NCBI RefSeq assembly: GCF_009914755.1
Contig: NC_060937.1
Strand: one strand, 5' to 3'
DNA length: 64,000 nucleotides
Source: the human T2T-CHM13v2.0 reference genome, Homo sapiens
Positions 1 through 13,759 of the stretch are shown here, one piece after another. Numbering within the stretch: position 1 is the stretch's first letter; every line of letters begins with the position of its first letter. Below the pieces are notes generated by a model. That model was not told where the DNA came from. It saw nothing but the letters and a program-made list of their open reading frames with translations, and ran no database searches. Both the position numbers and the translations under genes were made by a program.

Positions 1-19
1 AGCCACTGGTCTAGAATAC

Positions 20-230
20 ATGTGTGATAGCTGGAATGGGAGCAGCCACCCTGGACCATGAGGTGAAAGTCATGTACTGGGGATGGCAGAGAAACAAACT
101 AGAAGGAGCCTGAGTCCCTGTTATCACAGAGCCACCCTGTGAGCTCTTTGGCTTGGATTTATGTGAGAGAAATAAGCTTCTATGTTGGTTATGCTAAAGC
201 ATATGCAAATGAACCTAATCCTGATGAACA
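20..230 (+). mobile_element. Old MaLR LTR 3' part (MLT1J/K-like)
   Basis: MLT1-type text: ggagcagccacc...ccatgagg...gatggcagag...tagaaggagcctgagtccctg...atgtgagagaaataa...cctaatcctgatgaaca. Confidence 0.6.
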
Positions 231-829
231 GATCGTTCATGTGCGGTTAAGCCTAGCTGACCAGACTAAGAGACTATTCAAGAATATGGGATTAAAGCTC
301 CAGCTAGGAATAAAGTGTGCATTTTTTTCAGGGGTATATTCTGTACTCTGAATATCTCCAGAATTTTCCACTCATCTTGATTAAGCAAGGCCACAAACAA
401 AACTTTGGGATTGATCTTTGTGTAACCCACAAGGTGGTGAGCAGCACACAGTGAAAGTTGTTGCAACTGACTTTTTGTCCATGTGACAGGTGCTGGGATT
501 GACAGCATGCAACATTCCCCAGCAGCAGGGCCTTGCCAGCTCTCCACACTGGAACCCAGCACGCTGACACATCTCTAATGAGATTTACAATGTGTAAATG
601 CAAATACACCGAGTTTTAGCACCTTTTAAAAATTTTGGCTGTCAGTCAGAACCTGTCCCTGAAATCAGTAATGTTGGAAGAAGCTCTGGAGTCCTTTAGC
701 AATCCTCCTGATGATTTAGTTTCATGTGTTCCAGTGACTGACTCTGCTGCATTCCTGGGGAGATCCAAAAGCTCAGTTCTTAGGATTTGGGAGTCTCATG
801 CAAATAAAAAAGAATGATGAGGTAACTGA

Positions 830-1226
<397 letters not shown>

Positions 1227-1429
1227 TCAAAAATATTCTTTTTACAGCTGCTGGAATGTTGTAGTTGACCCCACTAGGAGCCTTGTTCATTTTTCTTTTG
1301 CTCCAAGAAATCCTGCTGTTGCTTCTGGGTGCAGACATCCATTTTACAGAGGACATGGGTTTGTTATTCCTGGAGAAGAGAAAGCTGAATGGTGCCCACA
1401 TTCTGTCTTCAAGCATTTAAAGCTGTGTG

Positions 1430-1789
1430 TGTACATGGAATACTATGCAGCCATAAAAAATGAAATCATGTCCTTTGTAGCAACATGGATACAGCTGGAG
1501 GTCATTATGCTAAGTGAACTAACGTAGGAACAGAAGACTGAATACCGCATGTTCTCACTTATAAGTGGGAGCTAAACATTGAGTACACATGGATAAAAAG
1601 ACAGGAACAATAGACACCAGTGCCTACCTGAAGGAGGAGGGTGAGGATCAAAAAACTACCTACTGGATATATGCTTATTAACTGGATGAATAAATCATTC
1701 ATACGCCAAACCCCAGTGAAATACTATTTACCTGTTTAACAAACCCGCACATACACCGCCTGAACTGAAATAAATTTTGGAAAAAAAAA
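1430..1789 (+). mobile_element. L1 3' end (old L1PA/L1PB-type), 5'-truncated
   Basis: ORF2 C-terminal remnant (MEYYAAIKNEIMSFVATWIQLEVIMLSE), atgttctcacttataagtgggagctaaac 3'UTR and A-tail. Confidence 0.9.
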
Positions 1790-1989
1790 TGTGTGTGTGT
1801 GTGGTGCTTAATGAAAAAATTGTGGGCAAATTGTTGCTTATATTTCATGAAAGAGGGGAGGAAGGTGCTACTTTCAAACAAGAGTAATTTTGATGAGACC
1901 TAAAGAAGAAACATCTCAGCCTTCAGAAGGATGAATTGCTCCCCCTGGGAAGCTGAAACAAAATGTCTAATCTGAGATGGCTAAGGGTG

Positions 1990-2320
1990 GGGTTAGGAGC
2001 ACAGAGTTCAGAACTATAGGTGATCCACCTGCCTTGGCCTCCAAATCCCAAAAGTGCTGGGATTGCAGGCGTGAGCCACCGCGCCCGCCCTCAAAAATAT
2101 TACTTTTACAGCTGCTGGACCTGGCTTCACATCCTGGCACAGCCTCTTACTTACTGGTTGGCCTTGGGCATATTGCTCAACTCCTCTGCACCTTAGTTTT
2201 TTCTTTATGGAATGGTGATAGTGATACTGCTGACTCGCCAGGGATGCTGTAAGGAATGGATGTGATAATGTGCACAAAGGGCCAACACAGCATCTGACCA
2301 AGAATAAATTCTCAGAACAT
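1990..2320 (+). mobile_element. MIR, interrupted at 2018-2119 by a copied segment
   Basis: MIR core-like cctggcttcacatcctggc...gccttgggc...ctctgcaccttagtttttc...gatgtgataatgtg. Confidence 0.7.
2018..2119 (+). repeat. Local copy of 1143-1255 (Alu 5' end plus unique flank)
   Basis: aggtgatccacc...gagccaccgcgcccgccc followed by tcaaaaatattacttttacagctgctgga, matching tcaaaaatattctttttacagctgctgga at 1227-1255. Confidence 0.9.
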
Positions 2321-2489
2321 GTGAAATGACAGAAGAGACCTCACTGGTCCTGGGCATGTCAGACATTTGGCCTAAGTGAGGCAGCTTGCTGAACACTGGG
2401 CACTCTGAGTCTATCCAGGTTGTATTAAACTGTAGGACCAGAACAACTTCCATTGTGAAGGCTTTCCTGGTTTCCTTCCTTCATGTCTT

Positions 2490-2798
2490 CACCTACTGGA
2501 ACTCAGGTCAAATGATGCCTCCACTGAAATCTTCCAGTCTTCCCTGGCTCCCATGGCTAGGTTAGAGCCCTCACCACACACTCTCAGGACCATGTAGACC
2601 TTCCATTGTTGCTCTGGCCTCAGCAGCTGGTGTCTATGATTATGGGATTATTTGATTAATGCCTGTCTCCCTGACCAGGCTGTACATCCTGAGAAGGCAG
2701 TGTCTGTTTTTCTTACCATTGTATTCTTAGCAGCCAGCAGAGTACCTGGTACATAATAGGTGCTCAATAAATATTTGTTAAATCAATGAGTAAATGAA
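2490..2798 (+). mobile_element. L2 3' end
   Basis: Ends in gtacctggtacataataggtgctcaataaatatttgttaaatcaatgagtaaatgaa. Confidence 0.8.
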
Positions 2799-5759
2799 GT
2801 CAGTGTCCCTCTGGTTCCATTTATATTGGTGCTGTCTGCTCTCTCAGATCAATTTATGTAACTATTTTCCTAACATGACCAGTTCTGCCCTTTGCCTCCA
2901 GCTTCATGAGTCTCTGCAGGGTAAGGGTGGAGGGTCTTTACCTTGGTGAGCTCAAAAATATCTGATTGTGGTGGCAGGACGCTGACCAGAGGTTTCCAGA
3001 AGGTGTAGGGTCAAAAGACTGGGAAGCTGTGAGATAGCAAGAGAATATTGCTTTATAGATGGGCTGCTGCATAACTATCTGCTTTCAAAGGCTTCAGACT
3101 AATCAGAATTTCAAAGGACACTTTCAAATGTAATAGGATTCTACCTGCAAGAGTGATGAGTGAGGCACTGGAGCTGTTTATTTCTCTAGTTTCTATTCTA
3201 GGCTTGTATCAAAGATAGCTGGGGTCTTCTGATTTTATTTTCATTCATGCCCAAAATGGAAAAATCTAATGCAATGGCAGGATGGCAGTGATGGCAAGGC
3301 CACAAAGAAATAGTGCAACCAGCTTCTTGCCTCGGTTATTCTGGGAAACAGGATCACGGCGAGTGAGCAGCACAGTGCCATTCTTAGCCCATTGTTCAGA
3401 TAATGGGATGCCATCATTTACACAGGTCCTAGGAAACTGGGGACAAATTTCCTCTTTCCTTCTTCATAACAGCCTTAGCCATTCTTCCTGGGTTAGACAG
3501 ATCCTCAAACAAACAGAATGTCATGTACAAAGTGTTAAGAATCTGCTGTGAAGTTAAAATGACTAGCATGAACACTTTACATTGTTTTTATAACTGTTGC
3601 TTTTGACCATAGTAGTCTTGGGGAAAATTGTGTAGAAGAAAAAAATGAAACAACCAAAACAATCCTTTCTCAAAATCGTGGCGGGGGACGGAGGGGAGTA
3701 TGCAAGTACAGGGAAAGCATGCAAGTACATGTGGTATTTAAAAAGATCTGCACCTGCTTTTCTCAGACCAGCTGGCAGACTATTCACAGAAAAGTACTGT
3801 TCTTTCTGGAAATACTCAGGACTGAAAGCATCTGCAAAGGAGTTGACAGAAGCTTTCTCAGATTGATTGCACGAAGACAGTGCCAACCATCATTTTAGAA
3901 ATTTGAACTGAATTAGAACAGGTACTGTTTTAAAGCTGTGGTTTTGAGGTTTTGACACCCTGTAAGTTTTACATATGCCCAAGAAATGGCAGAAGCAGCA
4001 CACATCTGCTTTGCACATAAAATTGTCATTTCCATATCTAGTTGCTTTATAACCAGATTCCTGGTGCTACTTTGAGATGCAGTGGAACAAGAGTTTTTAT
4101 CAGCCCCACCTGAACAACAGAGACATGGGGCAACAGCTGGGAGGTGGCCTGTGCAGATCTTTAAGTTTGAGCCTATCCTCTTGGACCTCTGAGCCCAGCA
4201 TTCAGAGAATTAATTCTTTGCACGGGGCCTCTGCGTGACCTGCCCCTAACCCCTTGGTCATCCTGGAGCCTGCATCCTTGATTCTGGTTCTTGAAGTCTA
4301 ACCTCTTGGAGACAGTTACTGAAATTTAATGGAAATCCTGTGAACAGAGTGATGTATTTGGGCCAGATTGATAGCTATCTTAAAAAGCTGTGCCTGCGCA
4401 TGATTCCTTAGAAACTGCATTTAGTTTCTCACAGAGCACATGAACCGAAAGGGTGCAAATACCCAACTCTGCTATTTAAAACCACTCAGGACTCTCGCTG
4501 TGCCTGTTGTTGAGTGAAATTGCATTATCTAATGAACAATCAATGTTCAGTTGACACCTGAGGGTCCAAATAGCTAATCCTGAACTAAATTTACTGATTT
4601 GTTCTCTGTTTCTAATCTTTACTATTGTTGAGCTTGTTCTCCTAATGTTGAGCCCCTCTTGAGGCCCTGACTCTCAGCCCGCGAGTTTCAGCCCAGAACA
4701 CCTGTAGGCTCTGGAACCATAGCTGTTATAGTTTAGAAGTAATGGAAGCTATACTGACTATTGGACCCACTTGTGACTTTAATTCACCTACCTCCTTTAT
4801 TTTTTCTCATTCATTCACTTTTTTCACTCACTCAAAACAAACTTATTTGTGAGGGACTCTGCAGGTGCTGAGCCCGAGGATTCTGTCCTGGCCCTGAGGA
4901 GTTTGTGGTCATTGTCTATCCCAGGATGCGGTGGTAACTCACCCAGACTTTGGGCTTTCACTCTCTGGATCTCAGATATTGGAGTAGACCATGTCTCTAA
5001 TTTCTCAGAGCCTGTAAATGCAGGGTCAAGGCCTGGCTCTCCTGGTATGAAAGTTTCCCCACGTATTTAGTGATGTAGCACTGCACGGCAGTGGCTAAGT
5101 CTAATGTGTTGATTCTGTATTACAGAAGAGAATGCCTTTCATCTTTTCACCTCGTAGAAGTGCAGCATGGTATGTCAGAGCACCTGGAGGGAAAGGACCA
5201 TATTTTATTCATTGCTTTCTCAGCTTCTGGCACAAAGCCTAGCATGTAGTAGGAGTTTTCAAAACGAATAGAGTGTGAACAGATATATCTGCTCAAAGTG
5301 TGTATCTTCCTCCAGGATCAGTGAGGTCATTTTCCCAGATAAAGAGGAACTTTATTCTTCCAGTGCATAGTTCAGCTTCTGAAATGGAGACAAGAGAGAA
5401 TGACCCATCACCTCCCCATGAATGCAGCCAAACTGGATGTGACAAGATGTGGCACCACCCAGCAGAGCTCATCTTCTCTGTCCTGCAGAATGTTGTTGAT
5501 GAGGCATGGACCCTTACTGAAGGTGTGACTTGGCAGAAAGGGGCTGTGCCCAGAGACCAGAAGTTTGGGGACCAAAATAATGCAGCCACTTCCCTTCTAC
5601 ACGTCCCTTCCTGGAACTGGGGTTTCAATTGTTCAACAAATTGCAGGTGAGCTTCTGTTCTAATTATTGGGGATGTAATAGTGAGCCAAGCAGACAGAGT
5701 TCCAGCCTTCCTGGAGCATTTCATAGAGCATTCATGTGCCGATGTGGGAGTGTGTGTGT

Positions 5760-6100
5760 GATCAATAAATGCAATCAGTGCTTACAGAGTACATTAGAAA
5801 GTGACACATGGTATGGAGAGACATGGAGCAGGGAAGGCGGTAGAGGATGCTGGGATGAGGATGATTTTAAACAGGGTTTCAGGGAAGCCTAGTTGTAAAG
5901 GTGATATTGGAGGAAAAGATCTAAACCTGGTAAGGGAGTGAGCCACATGGATTTTGCTGGGAAGAGTATTACAGAGGGAACAGGGTCTATAAAACCTCAG
6001 GCAGGTTGTGTCTGGTGTGGTCAAAGAACAGTAAGGAGATCAATGTGGCTGGAAGTGGGGGGCGTGGATGAGGGACACAGATCAGGTGGTGCCTTTTAAG
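5760..6100 (-). mobile_element. L2 fragment
   Basis: Degenerate L2 antisense text (cagggaagcc...ggaaaagatctaaa...gagtgagccacatggat...caaagaacagtaaggagatcaatgtggctggaa). Confidence 0.6.
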
Positions 6101-6294
6101 AAAGGGGAGGAGCAAACATCAGCCACGTGTTTCTCTTTCCTCCACACTTACCAAATTCCTTCACTTTGTTTGAGGGTCTACATAGGTCAGTCATTAGAGA
6201 ATCTGAATCAAAATCTTCCAGAAACATAAAACAAGTAGTCATCGGCCCAAGATTGAATTAGAATGCTGAGATTGCTCTGCTCTGAGTCTCCTGC

Positions 6295-7080
6295 TATATC
6301 TGTTAGGGTTGGGGAGGGAAGCTTGGCACTCTAAAATTAGGCACCTTGAGGAATTTAATAAAGGTGTTATTTACAATGATGCAGGCAGAGTGTAGGGAGT
6401 GCAAGAGGGATGGTGCAGTGTCCAAGGGATTAGCAGCACCAGGAGCCGTTGCCACTCCCAGGCCTGAGGGAACAGAAAGAGGGAGGAGTATCTGGAGCCA
6501 GTAAGGCCAGCTGTCTGGAGAGGCCCATCTTGCAGGAGCAGTGACCTTTGGCTGAGGGTATCGTCAGCCCATGGTGACCCCTAGGGAGAGAGCTGAAGTA
6601 ATAAGCCCAAAATGCATTCTCTTCTCTCCCTCTGTCCTCCTGCTAGTGCTGCCCATGAGCTGACTTCAGCTAGAAACTGGAGGGCAGGGGAGCTCATTGA
6701 TGTGGTGGGCATGGGCCAAACTTCTGGATTATGGAGTCTGCTAGCAAGAATGGAGAGTGGATCTGAAGGAGTGACTGGAAGACATCTGACATAGGCGTGC
6801 AGGCTAGAGAGAAGAGGGGGACATGAGACCAAGCAGAAAGTGAGACGGAGAAATGGCAGCCTCTTTGTGTAAGCAAGGTGGCTAGTCCCAGGTTGCTGCA
6901 TTGAAGCTGAGCAGCCTAAGGACATCTCACTGCTACCCGGAGAGGACCACCCATTCTTAGTTATCAGTCTGTTGTCCAATGAGTGATCACATTTGGAGCA
7001 ATGGTCATCTGTGCAGTGAGACTCTGCCCAATACCCCATCTGCCCCAAATTTATGAACACCACCAGCACATTTACAGGTG
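6295..7080 (-). mobile_element. ERVL LTR (LTR33-like)
   Basis: tggcactctaaa...tttaataaagg...ttatttaca...gggatggtgcagt...ccactcccaggcctga; reverse-complement homolog of the element at 17225-17639; 3' boundary uncertain. Confidence 0.6.
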
Positions 7081-7429
7081 CCCACAGATGGGAGGGCAGG
7101 GTACTTGGACCTCTTGAAGGTTATGATGGCATGAAGGCAGAGCTTCATCTCTGGCTAAAGTGGGACCACACTCAGCCCATTTAGCCAGGACTGCAGCTGA
7201 CTGTGCTGTTTCAGTTAACTTAATATAACCAGGAACATTCCTGGGCAGGATGGCAGAGCCTCAGCTGCAGCTGCTGGAGGATTTAGATTTCTCTGCCTTC
7301 AATGGCATTAGAAATTGGACAATGTCTCATCATTTGTGGATTTGGGTTTTTTTTTTTTTTTTTGGTTATAGAGCTGACTGCAATTGATGATATGTATGAC
7401 TGGAATCTCTCAAATTTCATTGTATTTCA

Positions 7430-7900
7430 GATCGACCCCAAGTCCTTACTGTGCCCTGCTGGGCCTTGTGGAAACCAGCTCCTGCTCACTGCACCACCTT
7501 CATTTGGTGGCACTCTCTTTTGGCACCCTAGCCATGCTAGAGCTATCTTCCAGGGACCCAAATGGCCACATTTCTTTCCACCTTTTGGTCTGGCCCCTCC
7601 AATTTCCTCTGCCTTTCTTCCTTTAACCATTTTGCTCCTTAAGTTCTACTCAGCTCAAAATCATGCCTCATAGAAGCCCTCCCTGACACTCTAGACTGGG
7701 CTGAGTCATCACTTGCATGCCTTCATAGTATCTTTCCCATCTAACACTTCTCACATTTGTAATTAAATTGTTCATTGACTAATTAGTTGTTTCGTGTCTG
7801 CTGTCCCTGCCCACATTTGAGTATAAGCTCTATATTTTGCTGCTGTCCAATGCCTGTGCATAGAAAGCACTCTATAAATATTTAAGGGAATTATTGACCA
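7430..7900 (+). mobile_element. L2 3' region
   Basis: ctcagctcaaaatcatgcctcatagaagccctccctgac...cctgtgcatagaaagcactctataaatattt. Confidence 0.6.
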
Positions 7901-9879
7901 AAAGGAAAAAATAAGCTAGGAGTGGGTGTACACACATTGCACAGAAAAGAAATACAAAGAGTCATAGATTGGAAAGGACATACCTGTCCACCCTCTCCTC
8001 ACCTCAGCCTTTCTGCGTGCTGGGAGAGAGGGCAAGTTAGAGGCAGCAGTCAGAAGCAGTGAAAGAAAAAGGAGCATGGAGATGGGAGAGTGACCTATTG
8101 ACTGCCCCGACACCTGGGGACGATAAAGAAAAGCAGCTGTCAGATGTATCAGCACTGACCTAAAGCTCTTTAGCAAAAGAAAATCCACTCAGGCAATATT
8201 ATCAGAAGAAAACTTTAAAAATGTGGGAATAGTAAACTGCCCACTCTGCTGGCTGATTTGCAAAGGTCCAGGCTCGAGGCTTGAAGTGGTAACAGGTTCA
8301 GGCTATCAAAAATTATTTTAACTAGTGTCCTGACATGTGGAGAATTCAAGAGCCAGCAAAATCAAGTGGGCTATTTGTAAGATGTTTCTAGCTGTCTGGT
8401 CCATCAGGACATCAAACACATCAAGGCATCAATATACTGTTATTAGAATTCACCAGCCCCAAATTATACTCAGGGACAGCGAATAAAATGGCACGACTAA
8501 CGCCTAAATCTTTATTTCATGATGGCAGATTTATGTGTGTAGGATGAGATGGTCTCTGTGAAGGGGTTCACATTACAAACTTGGGCCTGACAGGGTCTAA
8601 GAAATAATGGTTGGCCCCAGAGGAGGATGGAGTTAAAGTTTATAGGGAACTCAGATAAATGATTTAGGGGACCCATGACAATGACAAAGAAAGAGACTGG
8701 TGAAATAGGTGAGGAGGAGAGGGAGAAGGGAGAGAGGTTGTTGGGAGAGGGAGGGAAGTAGACAAAAGAGACAAATTTACTGATAGGTACTGGCCATTGC
8801 AAATTCTTCATTCTGGCTTCAAGTTTTGAATTAATACTGACTAATCACAATAATATGATTCCTTTCTGGTGATGTTGATCAGCTAAAGGGCTTAGCTTCT
8901 GAGAATTGATGAAGATCCCCTCTATTCCTTTTCACTGTGCTGGCTTTCAGGACTGCTCCATTCTTTGCTGACTTTCTGTTATGCTCCTGTTTTCCCAAAC
9001 CTGTGGTAGAAAAATGCCATAATTTACAATAGTTGGTATGATAACATATAATAGATAAAAAGATAACATACCATGCAATATGCATCTTTTTCTTTTTTTA
9101 AATGGTATTTTTTGTTACAGCATTAACACATTATAGTAAAACATAATTCAAGATAGGACATGCAATAGAATATATGACAATATGCAGTAAAATATAAAAA
9201 TTAAAGCATATTCTTATATGCTATATATATCTCTCTCAGATACTAGGGTGAAAGGGGGTTCTAGTAAGTTGAAGATTGTAGCAAATTGAAAGTTAGAATG
9301 AGGCCTGGTCATATACATTAGCAAAATAGGCAGTCATCTGTGTCAGATGACTTAAGGGGGTGGTAACAGAGATTCCTACTCCAAAATTCAAACACCATAG
9401 CTTGCCATTTTATTATGAGGTAGTCATTTTTTTTTTTGGGTCTCAAGTCTTTTTCAGAATCGTTAGTAAAATTCAAATACCCTGGAGAGGAGTCACACTC
9501 CCTGTTTTTGTTAGGTGATTTTGAAGTTGTCAGGTGTCAGTCAATATGGTACCCTTCCCACTTCTCACCTCCTACTTCAAACCTGAAAATTCAAACTCCC
9601 TATTTCTCACTTCACAAATTAATAATCTTACAACAGTATAATTCCATTTTTCTCTCTCCCAGCCTTTGTTCTATTTGTCATGTCTTTAACTTCAACATAA
9701 ATTTTAAATCCCACCTCGCAGTATTACTACTTGTGCTTCGAGTAGTTTTCTTGAAGGAAATTATGAGATGAAACAAAGCTAGTGTTTTACGTTTACCCAC
9801 TTATTTACCAATTTTGGTGCTCTTCCTTCCTTCTTGTTCTTTCCGGTATCATTTCCAAGCCTGAGGAACAATCTCTGGC

Positions 9880-10167
9880 TTTTTTTTTTTGGAGACAGGG
9901 TCTTGCTCTGTTGCCCAGGCTGGAGGTGCAATCTTGCCTCACTGCAACCTTCACCTCCAGGGCTCAAGCAATCCTCCCACTTTAGCCGCCTGAGTAGCTG
10001 GGACCACAGCTGTGCACCACCATGCCTGGCTAATTTCTTTGTATTTTTGGTAGAGATGGGGTTTTGCCACATCGTCCAAGCTGGTCTCAAACTCCTAGAC
10101 TCAAGCAATCTGCCCACCTCAGCCTCCAAAAGTGCTGGGATTACAGGCATCAGCCATCACACCCGGC
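9880..10167 (-). mobile_element. AluJ
   Basis: gagacagggtcttgctctg; gggctcaagcaatcctccc (J-type diagnostics). Confidence 0.92.
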
Positions 10168-10891
10168 ATGGCATTTCTTTTAGTGCAAGTCTGCTCGCCA
10201 CAAATTCTCTCAGCCTTTTTTGTCTGAAAATGTCTTTTTTTTACTTTTGTTTTTAAAGGATATTTTTGCTGGATATAAAATTCTGGGTTGACAGTTTTTT
10301 TTTTTCTTTCCAATGTTTTAAAGATGTGATTCCTTTGACTTTTGGCCTTCATTCTTTTTTATTTTATTTTTTTTTGTCCTCAGAGAACTTTGTTCTGAAA
10401 TTTTTTTTAACTTTTTATTTATTTATTTATTTTTATTCTTTTTCCTTTCCTTCTCTTCCTCCTCCTTCTTTTTAAAGTTCCCTCTTTTCTGATGAGAACT
10501 CAACCATCATTTGTATTATTGTTCCCCTGCATGTGATGTCTGTTTTCCTCTGGTTATTTCCAAAATTTTCCCCTTACTGTTGGCTTTCAACAGTTTGACA
10601 AGGAAGCACTAGTATTCTTTGTATTTATTCTGCTTGAGATTCACTGAGATTCGTGAATTTATAAGCTAAAGTTTTTCACCAAATGTGAGACATTTTCAGC
10701 TATTCTTTCTGGTTAAACACACTTGTGTGATTTTTTTTGGGCCTGACCAAATTCAAAAGGCTTTGTATAGTAGACCTCATGGAGAAAGCTGCCCTCTTCA
10801 CACAGACTTGGCACACAGATAGTGCATTGCAGTCTCTGAAGGGAGCTAAAGTCAAGGACTCAGGTCCCCCTGGCCAGTCAGGCTCATATTG

Positions 10892-11211
10892 CTTTTCTTT
10901 CTTTCCTTTTTTTTTTTTTTTTTTTGACAAGGTCTGGCTTTATTGCCCAGGCAGGAGTGCAGTGGTGAGTGCTCTCAGCTCACTGCAATCTCCACCTCCT
11001 GGGCTCAAGCCATCCACCCACCCCAGGCTCCTAAGTAACTGGGACTATAGATGTGCGTACACCACCACACCCAACTAACTTTTGTACTTTTTGTAGAGAT
11101 GGGTTTTTGCTATGTTGCCCAGGCTGGTCTTGAACTCGTGAGCTCAAGCAACCCACCCACCTTGGCCTTCCAAAGTGCTGAGATTACAGTCATGAGCCAC
11201 TGCACCTGGCC
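10892..11211 (-). mobile_element. AluJ
   Basis: Poly-T, cctgggctcaagccatcc...gagccactgcacctggcc. Confidence 0.92.
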
Positions 11212-11890
11212 TACTGTGACCCAACACCCAGCAATTCTCTCTACTCTAGCCCTTCCCCCTGCCCCTCCTCCTGATCCCCTGTTTCATAAAACTGCTGGGG
11301 GCTTTTATTTGAGGCTCTGTCTATAGTGAGACGTTCTCTACATCTGCTCTGCCCCAAATGAGCCTCAACAGATACACCATTCCAAGAGAAGAATGAAACA
11401 AAGGGGAGTCAATGTTTTCCTGTTTTAGCCTTTTGCATATATCATCACAGTAAGTTATTAAAGACTTAACCCTTTCATTTTTGGCTTGTTGCTTTAATTG
11501 GCTCCAATGCCTAAGTACTCAGCTCTGTCCCACAGCTCATCTGTTTGCTCACATAATTTTCCACATATAATTTTCCTGGTCTATTATCACCTTCTCCTTA
11601 TGGGACTCCAATTACATATGTTTGACTGTTGGATATTGTCCTTAGGTCTTTGAGGCTTTATTCATTTTTATCCAATCTCTTTCTCTCTTCTTTAGATGGG
11701 ATAGTGTTTGTTGATTCATATTTAAATTCACTGAATTTTTCTTCTGCTACTTTAATTTTGCTGAAAGCCATGTGGTAAATTTTTCATTTCAGTTACTGTA
11801 CTCTTCATTCTAGTGTTTCTATTTTTTAGTGGTTTCCATTTTCTCTGCTGAAAGCTTATATCTCTTCATTCATTAAGATTGTATTTTCAA

Positions 11891-12004
11891 AGCTGGGCAT
11901 GTACCTGTAGTCCCAGCTACTAGGGAGCCAAGGCAGAAGAATTATTTGAGGCCAGGAGTTCAAGATCAGCCTCGGCAACATAGCAAAATCCTATCTCTAA
12001 AAAA
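11891..12004 (+). mobile_element. FLAM (free left Alu monomer)
   Basis: gctgggcatg...cctgtagtcccagctact...gaggccaggagttcaagatcagcc...atctctaaaaaa; single monomer. Confidence 0.85.
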
Positions 12005-13255
12005 TATTCTTTTAAAAAATGTCTGGTTTTCACAGCTTTCCAGGAATAAAAGGAAAAAAAAAATCCACCCCAACAAAACAAAAAACAGGAAACCCAAAAC
12101 GATTGAATTTTCCTTTAATAATTTGAACATATTTTAATTATTTGAATATGTTTATAATAGCTTCTTTGTCTGATATATTACATATGTGGAACACTTCCAG
12201 GTCGGTTTATATTATCTGCTTTTTCTATTTATTATGCATTATATTTCACGTGTGTGTGTATGTGTGTGTGTGTATGTGTGTGCATGTCAATTTTGGTTGT
12301 ATACTGCATATTGTGATAAATCGTTGCAGACACTGAATTTTGTGATATTCCTCCATTTATTTTTGTTTTTGTAGGTAGTGGAATGACTAATAGATCACAC
12401 AGAACTTGTATAAGCTTGGTTGTATGCTTTCTTAGGAAGTGCCATGGAAATCCCAAGGTGTTTTCAAAGCCCTTTAAACTCATGGGACTCAATCTCCAAT
12501 CTTTTTTCTGGCATGTTGATCCTGTGAAAGCTTGGTTTTAAACTTTGGTAGGGTAGGTCTATTTTAAGCATTGCTCTGGGATGTAATTCTTACTCTCAGG
12601 TAGTGGCATTTCTGGTGTCTCGGCTGGATGCTTGGGCTGTGAACAAGGTGTTGCTGAGGTTTTTCCCCTCTTGCAGAGCTGGAACTCCAACATCCCCCAA
12701 CAAAGCTTATTTATCCTCTGGTATCTCTGTTCTGCTCTCAATCCCAGAATAAGCCACATTCTGAGCAGCCTTATCTAAACTTTCCCTACATAAATACCAT
12801 TCAGTCCTTGGCTAAGCCCTTGTGGAGATCCCCACATGGACTTCTGAAGATCCATCTGTGTAGCTCCCTCAATTTTGTGCCCTGCCTCATAGATTCCACC
12901 CACTTCGACTGCCTCAAGCTATGATCTCTGCCTACTTAGCTCACCAGGGCTGCTGTGCCCTGCCTGGACTCCCGCTTACTACCACACAGTTGAGAAATTG
13001 TCCCCTGGTGTAAAGATGGGATCTCAGCCTGTCAATTTCCTATCTCTCAAGAAATCAGTTTTGTGAGTTTGTATGTTATTTGTGAGAACAGTTACTTCAT
13101 ATGTTATGTCTAATTTCAAGTTTCTTTTAGTAGGAGGGTTAGTCTAATATCAATAATGGGAAACAGAGGTCTCCACCATGGATTCTTGAACAAGGGATAA
13201 TAAGAGGGTATTGATGAACAATGATAAAAACTGCTTAACACAAGATGGCTTGTAG

Positions 13256-13600
<345 letters not shown>

Positions 13601-13759
13601 GGTATTTTCGGTTTTCTAAGCTGAGAACTAAGATCAGGATGGGGTTTGCAGAAATACAAACAAACAACAGGGAAACACCATGACAGAAAAATAACTATTA
13701 TGAGTTATTGATAAATTAGATGCGAAGGATGAAGAATAAGGTTAAAAATGGTGCCAGAA

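Larger units (their letters stand above)
9560..13170 (-). mobile_element. Fragmented old L1M, interrupted by two AluJ, a FLAM-containing insert and an unassigned insert
   Basis: L1M antisense text (ggatatttttgctggatataaaattctgggttgacag; gggactccaattacatatg; ttttcatttcagttactgtactcttcattctag); right boundary uncertain. Confidence 0.75.

Noticed and set aside
5293-5724. Overlapping 143-aa and 116-aa ORFs
   Set aside because: No domain, no exon boundaries; length within chance expectation
6581-7069. 162-aa ORF on the - strand
   Set aside because: Lies in an LTR33-like element; no recognisable domain
9779-10256. 123-aa and 140-aa ORFs, and similar ORFs at 33159, 33502, 34181, 36633, 47461, 52803 and 56285
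   Set aside because: Translations of Alu sequence (MPVIPAL..., LECSG..., SWDYR...), not genes
11999-12014. aaaaatattctttta also found at ~1229 and ~900
   Set aside because: Short AT-rich match that does not extend; likely coincidence
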